Source: Tubulanus polymorphus (taxonomy: Eukaryota > Animalia > Nemertea). Taken from it: a stretch of DNA of 64,000 nucleotides. Position numbers and translations under genes: made by a program. The stretch lies in contig NC_134031.1 in the NCBI RefSeq assembly GCF_964204645.1, positions 14,123,807 through 14,187,806 on the forward strand, read 5' to 3'. The stretch's first letter is position 1. Every line of letters starts with the position of its first letter. The notes beneath the pieces were generated by a model. The model searched no databases. It had not been told where the DNA came from and worked only from the letters and a program-made list of their open reading frames with translations. Shown piece by piece: positions 1 through 12,569 of this stretch.

Positions 1-483
1 AATTCCGAGTCTCCCACTCAACTTTTGCAAAGGAGCAGCAACCTAACTGTCGTGACTGTTTTTGTCGTATAGAATTTAGTCCTAATGATTCGCTGATCTA
101 AAAATATTTCTAAAACTGATTTGCTAAACTAACTTTTCTTTTGCCAACCCTGCTGTCACGACGCGAAATGATTTACTCACTCCTTGCTTATCATCGTTGA
201 AAGAACAGCCATTCTCTGCGAGTTACCAACAGACGTATACAACATGAGAAACTTTAGAGAGCTAGTGTTAACATTTAGCACAAATTAATTTAGCACAAAC
301 TTAAACTTTAGCGATTATTAACATTTTGTTGTTAAATAACATCCAGACTACTCAAATTGTATATATTTTCAAAACTTTGTTTTCATCCAAATTAAGGTAC
401 AAACTCATTGTTTCTTTTTCGACTTATTAATATTACTTATTCGGAAATACTTTGTGATTAATGATCAACCCTAAAATCATTAT

Positions 484-1229
484 CAGGGATGAGAACGCCG
501 ACCTGTAAAATCCGCGGGTTATTTTTTTTGAGTGACATACGCGAACCAGCTGACGGCGTAGCCGTCAGCACTAGCGAGCGCCGAAGGCGCGAAGCTATTT
601 CGGGGGGGTTTGGGATTGGGGGGTTTGGGGGTTTGGAAAATTTTAGAAATTAAATACGTTTTCCGAGCACTTAGAGCGATCTCGAACCCATGAACGACTA
701 TTATATTTTGGAAGGTAATGGCTAGTTCCAATGTGGTACATCCTCATTTGATGACATTCAGCATCTCATGCATTACGGGTCGAGCCCTGAATTATTGCAG
801 TAAAAATGCGCCGATGAATGCTCACTAAAAATCATCACCAAGTAGTGTATAATATCCGAAAGCGTTCGCCACACACACGCAGCAACAGTAAGTAGACCTA
901 TATACGTTACTACTGTTGCTGTGCGTGCGTGTCTGCAACCGATCGATAAAATACATACAAACTCATCGTAGTACAAATGTACATACAAAATCACTGTGTT
1001 GCAATGAATATGCATTGAAATGCGATACTTTTACGTGACGATAAGTAAAACAGGCACTGAACGCTTTTACGGTTCACCTGATTACCGATCGCGCCGGACC
1101 AATTGAGTGAGATCATCACCCCCCCCCCCCCCATACTTTTACATCATTTTTGGACTATTTGGAAAATTGATATTTTTCAATACTGAAATCCGCGGGAAAC
1201 CGCGGATCCGCGGGGAATTCTCATCTCTG
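484..1229. mobile_element. Non-autonomous hAT-like DNA transposon (MITE) with 6-bp TSD
   Basis: TIRs CAGGGATGAGAA (484) / TTCTCATCTCTG (ends 1229) match 11/12. CATTAT flanks both sides (478-483, 1230-1235). Subterminal (AAAT)CCGCGG motifs at both ends. Confidence 0.75.
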
Positions 1230-1894
1230 CATTATATAACTTTTTTTTAATTTTTCATCTATAATCCAACCAATTCTATGATGATACAGAATAATGCAAA
1301 ATAAAAATGTCTCCCTATAATTCCGTTTCCTCCTTTTATAGGAAGTAGCCGGGAGTATCAAAAAAGATACAGCGAGATCCCAGTTAACATGTGATGTCGG
1401 GCGTGTTGATGAGTCAGGATAACGACAAAGTCGGCTGTGGGTCGACCCGGGAAGCAGTGCCAACTTACCAAATACATTTTAAAAGTCTCAATTATGTTTT
1501 CTCGCACTAAAAAAACCAATATTCGGCAATGATTCAAATTCCAATAATTTAGAATGAAATATTGGTTCAATGTAAATGAATATATGCAAACGCTTTAAGT
1601 ACGTCGGTCCATCTGCGTAGTCGAGAACTTGCTTCACCGTCTGGTAGCGCCATCTGCACTCCACGCCGGCATCGATCACAAGAATCGCCATTTTGCTGCC
1701 TTTGTTGCCAATTTGAAAACTTCCATTCGTCGCTATTATCTATTATTTGTCGAAGTTATTTACATCACGACAGGTAAGATCAAAATACCATTTACTGTTT
1801 TAACGTAATTGTGTTGCACGTTGGCCAATAATTCGCAGTATTTCTGGTTTATTTCTATTTTATCTGCAATATTCAATAGAATCCCTTGCCGGTG

Positions 1895-3655
1895 ATGGCT
1901 TTTCCTTTCTTGAAGGCCAAGTCATATTGGACTAAATGGCGACACATTAAACGATCAGTCGGAAATCATTTGAGAGATATTGATTTTCAGAAAAGGCTAC
2001 ATACAGCAGATGATGAATCTGTAAATTTGAGGCATGGGCACGTGAATGATTGTATTACTATTAATGACAATGAAAGTGTTGGCAGGCCTTGTTCGAGTCA
2101 TGCAAACGAATCATCTGCTCCTAGACTGGGCTGTAATGATGGCAGAGAATGACTATGAGATGAATAATGATCCCATGAATCCATTGAATGATAGCTTTAG
2201 ACTAGAATCAGCTTTTTTTGAGCGATTTTCATCTGATGCGGAGTCTGAAACTGATAGCATTAAGCCAGGAACCAATAATGATGAAGCACTAAACGATTTG
2301 AATGAACCACTTAAAACAATGGGCATTGAATCACAATATATCGATGATTGCATTGACAAAAGCATCCAAATTTACCCAAAGACCCCAGGACATTACTGGA
2401 AACTCAAGTTACATATGATACAGGCTTTCATATGTGATGCCCCAGCAAGGGCATTTGTTAAATGTATTAAATCACACACTGGGTATTATGGTTGTGAAAA
2501 AATGCACAACCAAGGGAAAGTATTCCAGTCATCGGATGACATTTCCAAGTTTGAATGATCCATTGCGAAATGACTTCGATTTCATTCAAATGAAAGATAT
2601 AAATCATCATACTTCTATATCACCCCTTACTGAACTTGACCTTGGAATGGTGTCTGAATTTCCTTTAGACTACATGCATCTTGTGTGCTTAGGAGTAATG
2701 AAACAGCTCATTTCTACATGGGTTAAAGGACCCTTAGAAATTCGTATCGGTCGTAATACTATCATTGATATATCTGATAGATTACTCTCATTTTTAAGTT
2801 TTATCCCTTATGATTTCAATCGTAAGGGAAGGTCTATGAATGAACTAGCTTATTGGAAAGCCTCTGAGTATCGTCTTTTTTATTGTATACCAGAGTAGTT
2901 GCTCTACATCAACTAATACCGAGGAATTTTACAAAAATGTTCTCTTGCTGTCAACTAGTATAAACATTTTGTGCTGCCCAAGATTATGTATGAATCATGA
3001 TTTTATTAAATATGCACATGATCTTTTGGTGACGTTTGTGGAGCATTATTCAGAGCTGTATGCTCCCGATGTGATAGCATACAATGTTCATAATTTGATT
3101 CATTTGGCAGCAGATGTTTCAACATATGGACCTCTTGATAACTTCTCTGGATTTCCTTTTGAGAATTATTTAGGCAAGTTAAAACAGCAAATAAAAAATG
3201 CTCGTCTCCCGTTGCAGCAGCTTATTCGCCGTATGAGCGAAAGAGAAAACTCAGTAAGGAGATCTCTACCTTTCGGGCAACATTTCAATGGTCCATTGTC
3301 ATTGCGCTGCCTGGCATCCAATATCAAACAATATAAAAAGCTTAGACTTAATAATAGAACCATGGTCAAAGTAACTCAACCTGACAACTGTGTACTACTA
3401 AATGATGAAGTTGCTTTGGTGAGAAATATATTCACATACAGTGAGGGTCAAGAAGTCAAGATTTTGATCGAAAAATTTAGCTCATAAGAAAGTTTTTTTA
3501 CTTATCCAATGGACTCGATACTGTTAGGAATAAGAATGGTTTGCAGACCAAGTGGTCGACTATCTAGTATACCTATGACAGATATAACATCGAAGTTTGT
3601 ACTTCTTCCCTAAATGGACAGATTTATAGCCTTTCCCTTGTTAAATCAGAAATAA
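1895..3655 (+). pseudogene. EnSpm/CACTA-type transposase, frameshifted
   Basis: Motifs ICDAPARAFVKCIKSHTGYYGCEK, FPLDYMHLVCLGVMK, WKASEYR and YNVHNLIHL...GPLDNFSGFPFENYLG are spread over ORFs 2046-2558, 2434-2898 and 2945-3487. Confidence 0.85.
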
Positions 3656-4206
3656 CTTCTTGTAGTATGATTGATAAATACGTAGTGCAGGAAAAACTAT
3701 TTATATCCTGTTAGTTAAAACGCAATCGCTCTCAAACAGGGACTACCAGTATTAAACTTTCGAGTACAATTGATGACTATTTTAAATGATAAAACAAACT
3801 TCTCGCTGCATTTTTTGTTATACATTTCAATTTATAACAGTTCGTGTATCTATAGAAACAGCTAAATAATATGATAAATAAGTTTTGAGTTAATTTTTAA
3901 ATTCATTTTTCCGCCACCCTCGAATATCTATCAAAATTGTGGAGGTCCCGATAGTGGCAGATTTGCAACCTGGTTACATATGTTTAGTTAGTGTAGTACT
4001 ATATTATTTAAAGCAGGCTTCCAGTATTAATGACATTTTTCAGTAGTAAAGACATTATAGTATATTGTATTTGAATGGCTCTTATAAATTATTTTAAATT
4101 TTTGTGTGATCTCCATGGCCTGCTCTTTTTCAGTAATCTAAATTAATTATTAACTAGGTGCTAAAACGTCCCATTGGCTGCATATTGTCAGGTGGGTATG
4201 GGTATG

Positions 4207-4472
4207 TATGGTGGCTGATTCGGGTCACATATAAAAAAAATAGATGACCCTCGATCTCCACCAATTTTTTAATAACATTTGGTTTTAACGCTACGTTAAA
4301 ACCAGTTTTTCGTTTATGTTAAACCAGAATTTTTCGTTTCAACACCGCGTTAAACCAGAATTGTTCGTTTTAACGCCGCGTTAAAACCAGTTGAAAAACT
4401 TGTTTTAACGATGCGTTAAAACGAAAAATGTAGAATTAGAACAAATTGGTGGAGACCGAATCAGCCACCATA
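4207..4472. mobile_element. Small palindromic MITE inside the EnSpm element
   Basis: TATGGTGGCTGATTCGG (4207-4223) / CCGAATCAGCCACCATA (4456-4472); TCTCCACCAATT/AATTGGTGGAGA extends the stem; internal (GCG)TTAAAACCAG repeats; GGTAT flanks both sides. Confidence 0.65.
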
Positions 4473-4558
4473 GGGTATCGGGACCTTCTGAACCTTAGAT
4501 GGTCATGATTTCCGTGGATAACTACAGAAAATTAATTCTTCCTTAATTCTTCCTTTAA

Positions 4559-5145
4559 CCGCGATTGTCGCTGTTTAACGAAATAACACGGGACTCGAAC
4601 CTAGTCTGATTTTAGCGATGCCAGTCGTTTCTGATATAGCAGTTAGTTGGTTAATGAGTAAACATTTCCGGGTAAAGAAAACCAGATATTACTTCACAAA
4701 ATATCGATAAAATACCGGTTTGAAGTGGAACTTTTGTGAATGAACAATGGCGGCCAAACGTCAATACAATATCAACGAAATATTAGGCTTTATTTAGGCT
4801 GACTCGGGCGGCGGATCTGAAGTCGGACAGTAATGATTGCTGGCCCTCTAGGTAACGAAAGAAAAACAGATTCAGTTCATGAAGTCCCTTATTACAGGTC
4901 AAATGATCCTGATTTTGTACCCACCACCACTCAGCAGCTAGGCAGTGGGCGCCCCGGAACTCGATATGTAAAATACAACAAACGATTGTAAGTTAGGATA
5001 TTTTTTCATTGCATTACAAACAAATGTTCTACACAGTTTATGTTTATTTATACCATAACCAAGTCCCTGTAATAAAGAATAGGAGATATGGGGTCTAGAA
5101 TACCCCAAATCTATAGGCTAAAAAATGCATCAGAATATTCCGCGG
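4559..5145 (+). mobile_element. Internally deleted piggyBac-like element
   Basis: TTAA|CCGCG...CGCGG|TTAA ends; contains ATG at ~4747 reading MAAKRQYNINEILGFI*ADSGGGSE, similar to piggyBac transposase N-termini. Confidence 0.5.
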
Positions 5146-5322
5146 TTAAACTGGACCCTGAGAAAAAGTTATTTTGATGTGATTGTTGACTTCATAGAAA
5201 ATTTATGAAAATAGTCTACATTGAAATTGTTACCTAGTAGCCGGAAATTAGGAATGATTATCATCCTAAACACATGAAAGACACATTAATTCGCGGTTTT
5301 GATTAAAAACATTTTCAGGTCA

Positions 5323-7131
5323 TGAGTTTCTTAGTTGTCGAATTTGATGGTCCTGATGGTCTCGAAAGTTAAATTATTCCTGAATGCTAGTGCCTTCGGG
5401 ATTATGCAGGGAGTGAGAAAGAAAGATTTTGCTACTGGCCCCCGTATAAAGGGTTCAAAAAATCTAATAATGCAATACGGCAGCAGATACTCCCCGATAA
5501 TCGTGGACGGACTCAATTGCATTCTGGATGCTGGGCCGTTGCGATATGTAGTATCTGCATCAAATTGTTATTATCTTTTAGTGAATTGTAAAATATATTT
5601 TTCACCAAAATATCTCTACACTTGCAGACACGTATCAGGACGCTAGCAAAAAGCTTCAGAGGGCATTGGAGAGGTCTGATTTAAACAGCACGGATGATCA
5701 GTTACGCAAAACATCAAAACGGCCCATGAAGTGATTGTAATTGGTTAGAAGTTTCTCCGTTTCTTGTATAACTTGATGGAGGTGTAAATTTTCTATTAAC
5801 TATTTATTTCAGACCGAACCCAAAGTATAACAGGATTGCCACTATTAGTAGTAGTAGTGACGATTCGGATGATCATTCTGATGATATCCCTCCGCCGTCA
5901 AAGCGAATACGAATTCCAACAACCATACCATCATTCCCGTTGGCCAAAATCCATGTTCCAATCGCAAATTTCACCACAGGCATCTTCATCATCTGCTGAA
6001 AGAATCTCATCTACAGCCACACCATCTGTTAGAATACCACAGCTATCCATATCGTCCTTTTCATCTCCACCGCTACAACGTGTAACTACGTCTACTCCAC
6101 AGCCGTACCAACAATGCAACAGTGTACTCCGATAAGACATTCATCATCAGATGCAGCCAGTAAGTATTGTAATAAATTTCGAATACTTAAACTGGCATTA
6201 TTCCATTGGATTTGACCCTTTATTTGATGTGATTCATGATTTGAACATTCTGTTTCCAGAAGTGGTATCCAAATATCTATACAGTTAATAAGTAATTATG
6301 TCTTTAATGTATTAAACTTAATTTTCTTCAATCCTTCAGCTAAGAAGCGGCTTGAATTATTGGAGGAGCTGAAAGTAGATATAAAATTTTTGGGAAGAGT
6401 TATGTGTCGTGTCCTCCTCATCTCAACTTAGAAGAGCGAGATAATATTCTTCCCGAGGGATTCATCCTGCCAGCTGCAGATATCGAAGATGTACTCACCA
6501 ATGAGAGAATTCTCAGTGATGAGAAGAACATTACAGATCTGGTAGGTTTTGCCTGCGCATGTATTTTGTTGATTTACTTTCAACTGCAGTTAGATCAATG
6601 CATAAATGGGATGAAAAGCAGGTTAAATACTATCCCTCAAAAAAAAAAATTATACCTGGTCAACCGTCCTTTTACCTTTGTTCAAAATTGCTGATATTGT
6701 GTCCAATTTTTATAATTGCAGGCAGCATACATACGTACATATGGTGGAGCGGATGTGAAGGAAGTTGTACGGAGGATCATGGGAAACCTTTTTACCCCCC
6801 AACTTGCCCTCAAATTTAACTGGACTGGAAAAAACCAGAAGCATTGTTTTTCTGGGCTCAAATTGGTGAGGGCATTAAATGGTGAGAATGAAATGATTAA
6901 TTAACTAGGATTGAAAAGGTGGAAAAGGTGGAAAAGTTTCTGTCATTCTTGATATTTAATTTCATTATCCATATCGTTACAGAAGCAGTGAGGAAAAATC
7001 CACCGACTCGAAAAGTTGCTAATGATGAAATTGAGAAGGTTGTTCAGGGATGGTTTAAACATACGAAGGACAGGAATGGTGGCCGGGAACGAAGACGAAG
7101 ACGAGAAGAAGAACAAAATGAAAATCTGTAG
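5323..7131 (+). pseudogene. Multi-exon accessory gene of the EnSpm element (DUF4806-like)
   Basis: N-terminus MSFLVVEF...CYWPP with in-frame stops; Ser/Pro-rich middle; C-terminal GGADVKEVVRRIMGNLFT..LA.KFNWTG and IEKVVQGWFKHTKDRNGGR; GT-AG introns. Confidence 0.7.
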
Positions 7132-8789
7132 AGTCAATTTTATACGAGACAACTGGTGGGGGGCATAGTCCTACTGGGCTGTTGTGTTTACTTTTCATTA
7201 ATTTCTGTGGGTCATTTCCAGTGTATTTGGATAATGATACCTGAATATTTTCCATTTATTGCCTATACTACAGGCCCGTACCCAGAAGGATGTGAATGCA
7301 TCCCCACGAAAGAAAAGGTCCGCAATTTTAGTAATGAAATAAATTGTCCCTAAGAATCTAAAACTGGTTGATCTATTTGTTACTCTGCACCAGAGTCGTG
7401 CGACTGCAAATTGTCTTATTGTAAAATTTTTTATTCAGTGTTTTGATGTTTTCTGATCAATGTACTAAATATTGAAACCAAATGAGTGCTGACCTCGCAT
7501 CAAAACTTAGAGCCTTCGTCAAAATTAATTTTTTTACACCTAGAAATCAGAGAAGTTTGGCGGATCCGTAAACGAACTAACAAACCAATGGTGTTTTGAA
7601 TCATTTAAAAATGTGTTTCAGAAGTGTTAATTTGGCCATTCATAGTGTTTTTTATCTTAAAGTAGGGGTGCATAGTGTAAGAGTCAGAGTTGCTAATGAT
7701 ATCTGGTCTGTATTAATCTGTAGTTTGAAATTATTGTCAATTTTTTAAGGTTCTTTTATAATAATCATATACCAGTTGCATTTGCCGTGTACATACACAT
7801 GTATTTTAAAGCATATAATATTGTTTAATGGTCACAATTGTAAAGGGGATTTTGGGATGTAATGTTTTATACAAATATTCTGAAAATGTTTGATATTTTT
7901 TGAAGATTTTAATGTATATATATTAAATAAGTTCTACGTATTTAGAAAAATAAACACAAAATTAGGTCGCATTGACATAGTAATTTCTCGTTTTTTTTGC
8001 ATGGACATCTGAAGGTTGGATTTACGTCGGAATGCAGTCGTAACACATACGGATCAAAGGAGGTTGGAGGTCGGCAAAAGTATTTGTGGTACTTAGTAAT
8101 TCGGGATGTGGTCGGATTTACAGCGGAATTTCGATGTAAAGGTGGGATTAAGTCGGGTAATTGGTGGCAGGGGGTCGGAAATCACCGTCGGGCCACCGTA
8201 AATTGGATGAGCAAAAAGTCCGTCGGACCCATTGTCGTGTACGACTCCGGGCCGACTTCATGGCCGACTCAAAGCCGATGTAGGCACGACCAAAAATGTT
8301 AACTGGGATCCCTTCACCAGCCACATTATTAATACACCATTGTTCGGACCCAACCAAATACGGTTCCGTTTGTTCTTAAGATTTTATAAAAAGATTCTGA
8401 ATGTTTGCCAGATATTGCAGCAGAAGAACCGAGAAGAATTACTTTTACACCAGGCTGATTTATGGTCACCGCTGATAGATTAAAGCATCAAACACAACCT
8501 GCCTACTACATCATATACCATACCCATAACCACCAACGCATACAGGAAATCAACATTACAAACATTTTTTAGATAAAATCTTGCCGCGGATCGACAGGCA
8601 ATGCTGTCATCTTCTAACGATATCATAAACTATTCTGAATTCATTATCCAACTCATTCAGCCGTGCCGTGATATGTTAAAACCAAATCTAAAAATAAATT
8701 CAAGCACGACAGTGATGGACTATTACAAGAAGAATATTACAGCCACAATTCTGATATTGATAAACAATCCTATTGATAAGAATCTCTTT

Positions 8790-9222
8790 GAAATATATGT
8801 CTTCATTGATGGATCTATTAGATTGATAAAAAGGGAAAAAACCTAAAATTCTACATTATGTGCGCTTCCACAAAGATGTTGACGGAGAAAAGTATTATCG
8901 TGAGAAAATAATGCTTTTCAATCCATGGAGACAAGAAGAAGACTTACTGAAATCTTCTTCCTCTTATGAACAACATTATAATTCCAGGAAACCTAGAAAT
9001 TATATACAAGAAAATGTGTACAACAAACTGGATCTATCTATGGAGGCTGCCCAAAAAGAATTGATCAAGCTCCAGTCCAATGAAATTGGCATAGAGGTTG
9101 AAGATCAAGGCACATTCCCGAGCCCACCTTATATGTCTTATCATCCAAGTAAGACATACGTGCAGATATTGGCCCAAACCTTGGTCTTAAATCATCAAAT
9201 ACACAGGAAAATTTTATCATTT
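8790..9222 (+). pseudogene. Helitron/Helentron RepHel fragment (linker before the helicase)
   Basis: ILHYVRFHKDVDGEKYYREKIMLFNPWRQEEDLL motif; continues after an insertion at 10286 (MADAEYLRLMRNMNLRQKQV). Confidence 0.7.
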
Positions 9223-10285
9223 AAACAAGAGGCCCACGGGCCTTATACCTTCATGACGCAGTAGAAGAAAATGATTCAGTATTCAAAGTTTTACAGAATC
9301 ATTAACATTGTAACGATGTAACAAGTTTTAAAGCAGTTACGATGGTAGTGGAGATAATGTTCATTTTCTCTTAATATATCTTAGCATGAAAAGACTAGCC
9401 CATTTTAGCTGCCCCAAACATCACCCTACATGAAAAAATGCATAAAAAATTGTAAATCTAAGATGGAAGGTAGCTTTGGCCGCCATACTTTTCAACCTAC
9501 CAAAATTCTTACACTGATGAAAATGCATCAAGTATTGCGAGCCGTTTCCTGCTAGAAATTCAAGATGGCTGCCCTGGCGGCCATATTTGAAAGCCAATGA
9601 TCTAAATATACAATAGGCATGGACATCTTACCTACCCTGATCCTCACACAAAATTTTGGAATTTTCGGAAATCCATCAAGAATTGCGGACTGCATCACGC
9701 AAACAAGAAATTCAAGATGGCCACCCTACTGGCAGCCATATTTGATCACCAATGACCTTTTTTCAATAGGGGTGGATATCTCGCCTTACCCAAACCTCAT
9801 GCTAATTTTCAAAAAGATGCATTTCAGGCGAATTGCTGTCGAATTCAATTCAATTTCATACACACGGGGGCCACGAGAAACGATGGCAATCTAGCAATTT
9901 GATTTGGAAAATATCAGCACTATAGTTCAAAAGGGTTGATAAACCGCATCCGACTATCTAATCATTTAAAGGCTATGCCCTCATATGGAACATATATTCC
10001 CACCTCATATATTCCCACCTTATCTCAGGTGCATTCAGCCGCCATGATTCGCCCATTCAACCATAGAAACTTTCCCACTGTCTTACTATCGACATTTTCT
10101 AATAATTTAGCGAAATAATTAAAAAAGCAAAATTTCCCACTCTGCATTGATAAGGTCTAAGTATTTATTCATTTCAAAAATCTTCATCTGAACTCCCACC
10201 AACAAGTTATTAGTGGTGACTCTAAAATGACGTCATTGACTCACAACCATCTTATAACCTTCATGACTACATAATGAAGGTAAAA
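9223..10285 (-). mobile_element. Helentron-associated non-autonomous element (HINE/DINE-like)
   Basis: One end AACAAGAGGCCCACGGGCCT palindrome + subTIR TACCTTCATGAC; other end ACCTTCATGAC...ATGAAGGTAAAA hairpin/subTIR; inserted in an A/T run with no TSD. Confidence 0.75.
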
Positions 10286-10385
10286 ATGGCGGATGCTGAA
10301 TATTTAAGATTGATGCGTAATATGAACCTCAGACAAAAACAAGTAGTCCTCGTCCTGTTGCATCATTTTAAGAGTTCGGATAGTT
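10286..10385 (+). pseudogene. Continuation of Helentron RepHel (pre-PIF1 helicase segment)
   Basis: MADAEYLRLMRNMNLRQKQVVLVLLHHFKSSD resembles the segment just before Walker A in RepHel proteins. Confidence 0.55.
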
Positions 10386-11829
10386 TAAAGTTCATTTTTT
10401 CATTTATTTTTTGTAACTATATATATATATATTTGTTATTATTTACTATGATTTCAGTTACAAAATCTAATTCTAACAACTTGTTAATTACTCGTTACTT
10501 TTTTATATTTAAAAATTTGATCGATTTACTATGTTTTTAGATAAGAAATCTAATTCTAACAACTAAAATTCATTCAAAATCTATATCATGATGTCCTTTT
10601 AAGCTTTTCTTTTAATATATTAAAAGTAAATGGATATATCTTGTTTCATATCAGAGGTTGATTGGTCGAGTTTTGAAAAAATATACAACCTCTGGTATGA
10701 AACAAGATATAGCCATTTACTCACATAAAAAGAATAATTTGTGTCATCATGCACAAGGTGCAGAAGACTTGATGCCGCTCGATTCAATTGCAGCCATACA
10801 AGTGTCGATCAAACATTTTATAATTCGCACCGAATGTAATTCAAAGCAGCATTTCATGCAGTACTACATGAACGGATTAAAATATCCAAACATTTATTCA
10901 TTGAATCGGAAACATAGGCCTGTTGTATTGGAATGTCACTCGGCTTGAAAAAAAGTACCTTCGCCGTTACCGTGCGTTGTCATACATCGTGCATGCACCA
11001 CCAGTGGAAGAGCTGAATTATTTTAATCTGCTGGGGTCCATTTACGCGAAGGAAATTAAAACTCAAAGTCGAAGTCAATGTGGAACACCAACAATTCAGC
11101 TAAAAGGAACACCAGGGAAATGTGGTACGTAATGAATTAACAGTACTGAAAGATCCTAGGGCATTTCAGTGGCCGATCAAGTCAAAATATGTCCCAGTTT
11201 CTTGGGTGATTTCAGATGACATGGATACCTGCACGACCATTAATTCCTCCAGCAATGTCAAAACACTTTAGTCCCAGTTTATCAGAGAGGTTTTGATTTT
11301 TTAGGGGGAGGACTGGAATCATCAAGGTCAGATGAAATACAGATGTCATTTATGTGGATCGTCTCTCAGGTCTTAAAAAGCCTATTGTAGACATTATTCT
11401 CAACATCGACATCTGCCAAACATCAAATTTCAAATAAAATTTGCAATTCGCGAGCGTAAGCACCTAGCCCAATGAATCCGACAAACTGTGCAGTAACAAT
11501 CTACTGATCCTCTCCTACCCAGTGTAAACCACGAACTGCGCAGTTTCTATGAACTACCTACAAAAATGTATCAGTGCTCAAGCACGTGTGAGGATAGTGA
11601 TGAGGATAACACTTCATTGCCGGGTAAAACTGATATAGATAATTCACGGACAAGTAGGCCCTATATGTGCCTTTAAACTTTCCATAATTCATCACGATTT
11701 CGGGAACCTAAGTACAACAGGCTATGATAGTCATAGCTAGGATCATGGATACAGGCGCATTACAATCGACACGTTGCAGGTTATCTGCTGAATATTGTCA
11801 TGTACCTCGGTCGCAACGACAATCTCGTA

Positions 11830-12300
11830 GTTGAGCGTGGCTCTCAAAAACATGACGGATCGTGTTGGAAATCGCTAGACCGTTTTTTGAATGTGGCCAT
11901 CATACTACTGCGATTGTCTCAGTATTGAATTTGTGGAGAAACTCTACAAAAATGGGCGTCACCGCACCAGCACGATCACGTTGAATAGGTGAGGCTTTCC
12001 GGCAGCGATAAAAACTGCGTGCGTTTGAATCGTGGCGACATCGTTGCGTATCAAAAAGACAATGTCTTGGCCTTGAATAGGCAAGATAAACATCTTATTT
12101 TGGTCATCTCCACCCATAGCAACGATGATGAAAGCGAGGAAGTGAATGTGCGTGGCAGCAGGAGCCAATTAGTGAAACCACGGGTCGTTCTTGATTACAA
12201 CCACCATATGTCTGGCGTCGATCTGCATGATCAGTACAATTAGTATTATGAGAGTCCCTGTTAATCCGTCAATTGGTGGAAGCTAGTCACGAACTGTCCT
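11830..12300 (+). pseudogene. Degenerate piggyBac transposase fragment
   Basis: GHH.Y.D, NR.GFP and VKPRVVLDYNHHMSGVDLHDQY*...WWK motifs. Confidence 0.7.
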
Positions 12301-12569
12301 GATTGAGTGTACAGCTGCCAAAAACATATAAATTTGCGTAGTTACATAACTATTTGCCGTGAATTGCAGATGAAACATGAGGCCTTAATCACCGTTTACA
12401 AAAACATTATAGCAATAACCATTGAAAGATTATAATGACATACAACTAAAGTGAAAATGGCCATTTCTAAAATTATATTACTATTTGTAGTCAGTGTGGA
12501 ACGTTTGGCTTTGAATCAATAATGAGGGGTGGTAGGTTTTTCTTACTATAGATGGTGCAAAGATCTATC

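Larger units (their letters stand above)
1379..8307 (+). mobile_element. Full-length CMC/EnSpm (CACTA-like) DNA transposon, two genes, degenerate
   Basis: 12-bp perfect TIR CCCAGTTAACAT (1379-1390) / ATGTTAACTGGG (8296-8307); AT 2-bp TSD; many GTCGG/CCGAC subterminal motifs; encloses a transposase and a DUF4806-like gene. Confidence 0.85.

Noticed and set aside
7997-8302. ORF and spaced GTCGG motifs as a possible CRISPR-like array
   Set aside because: Eukaryotic context with 5-bp motifs at irregular spacing; these are transposon subterminal repeats.
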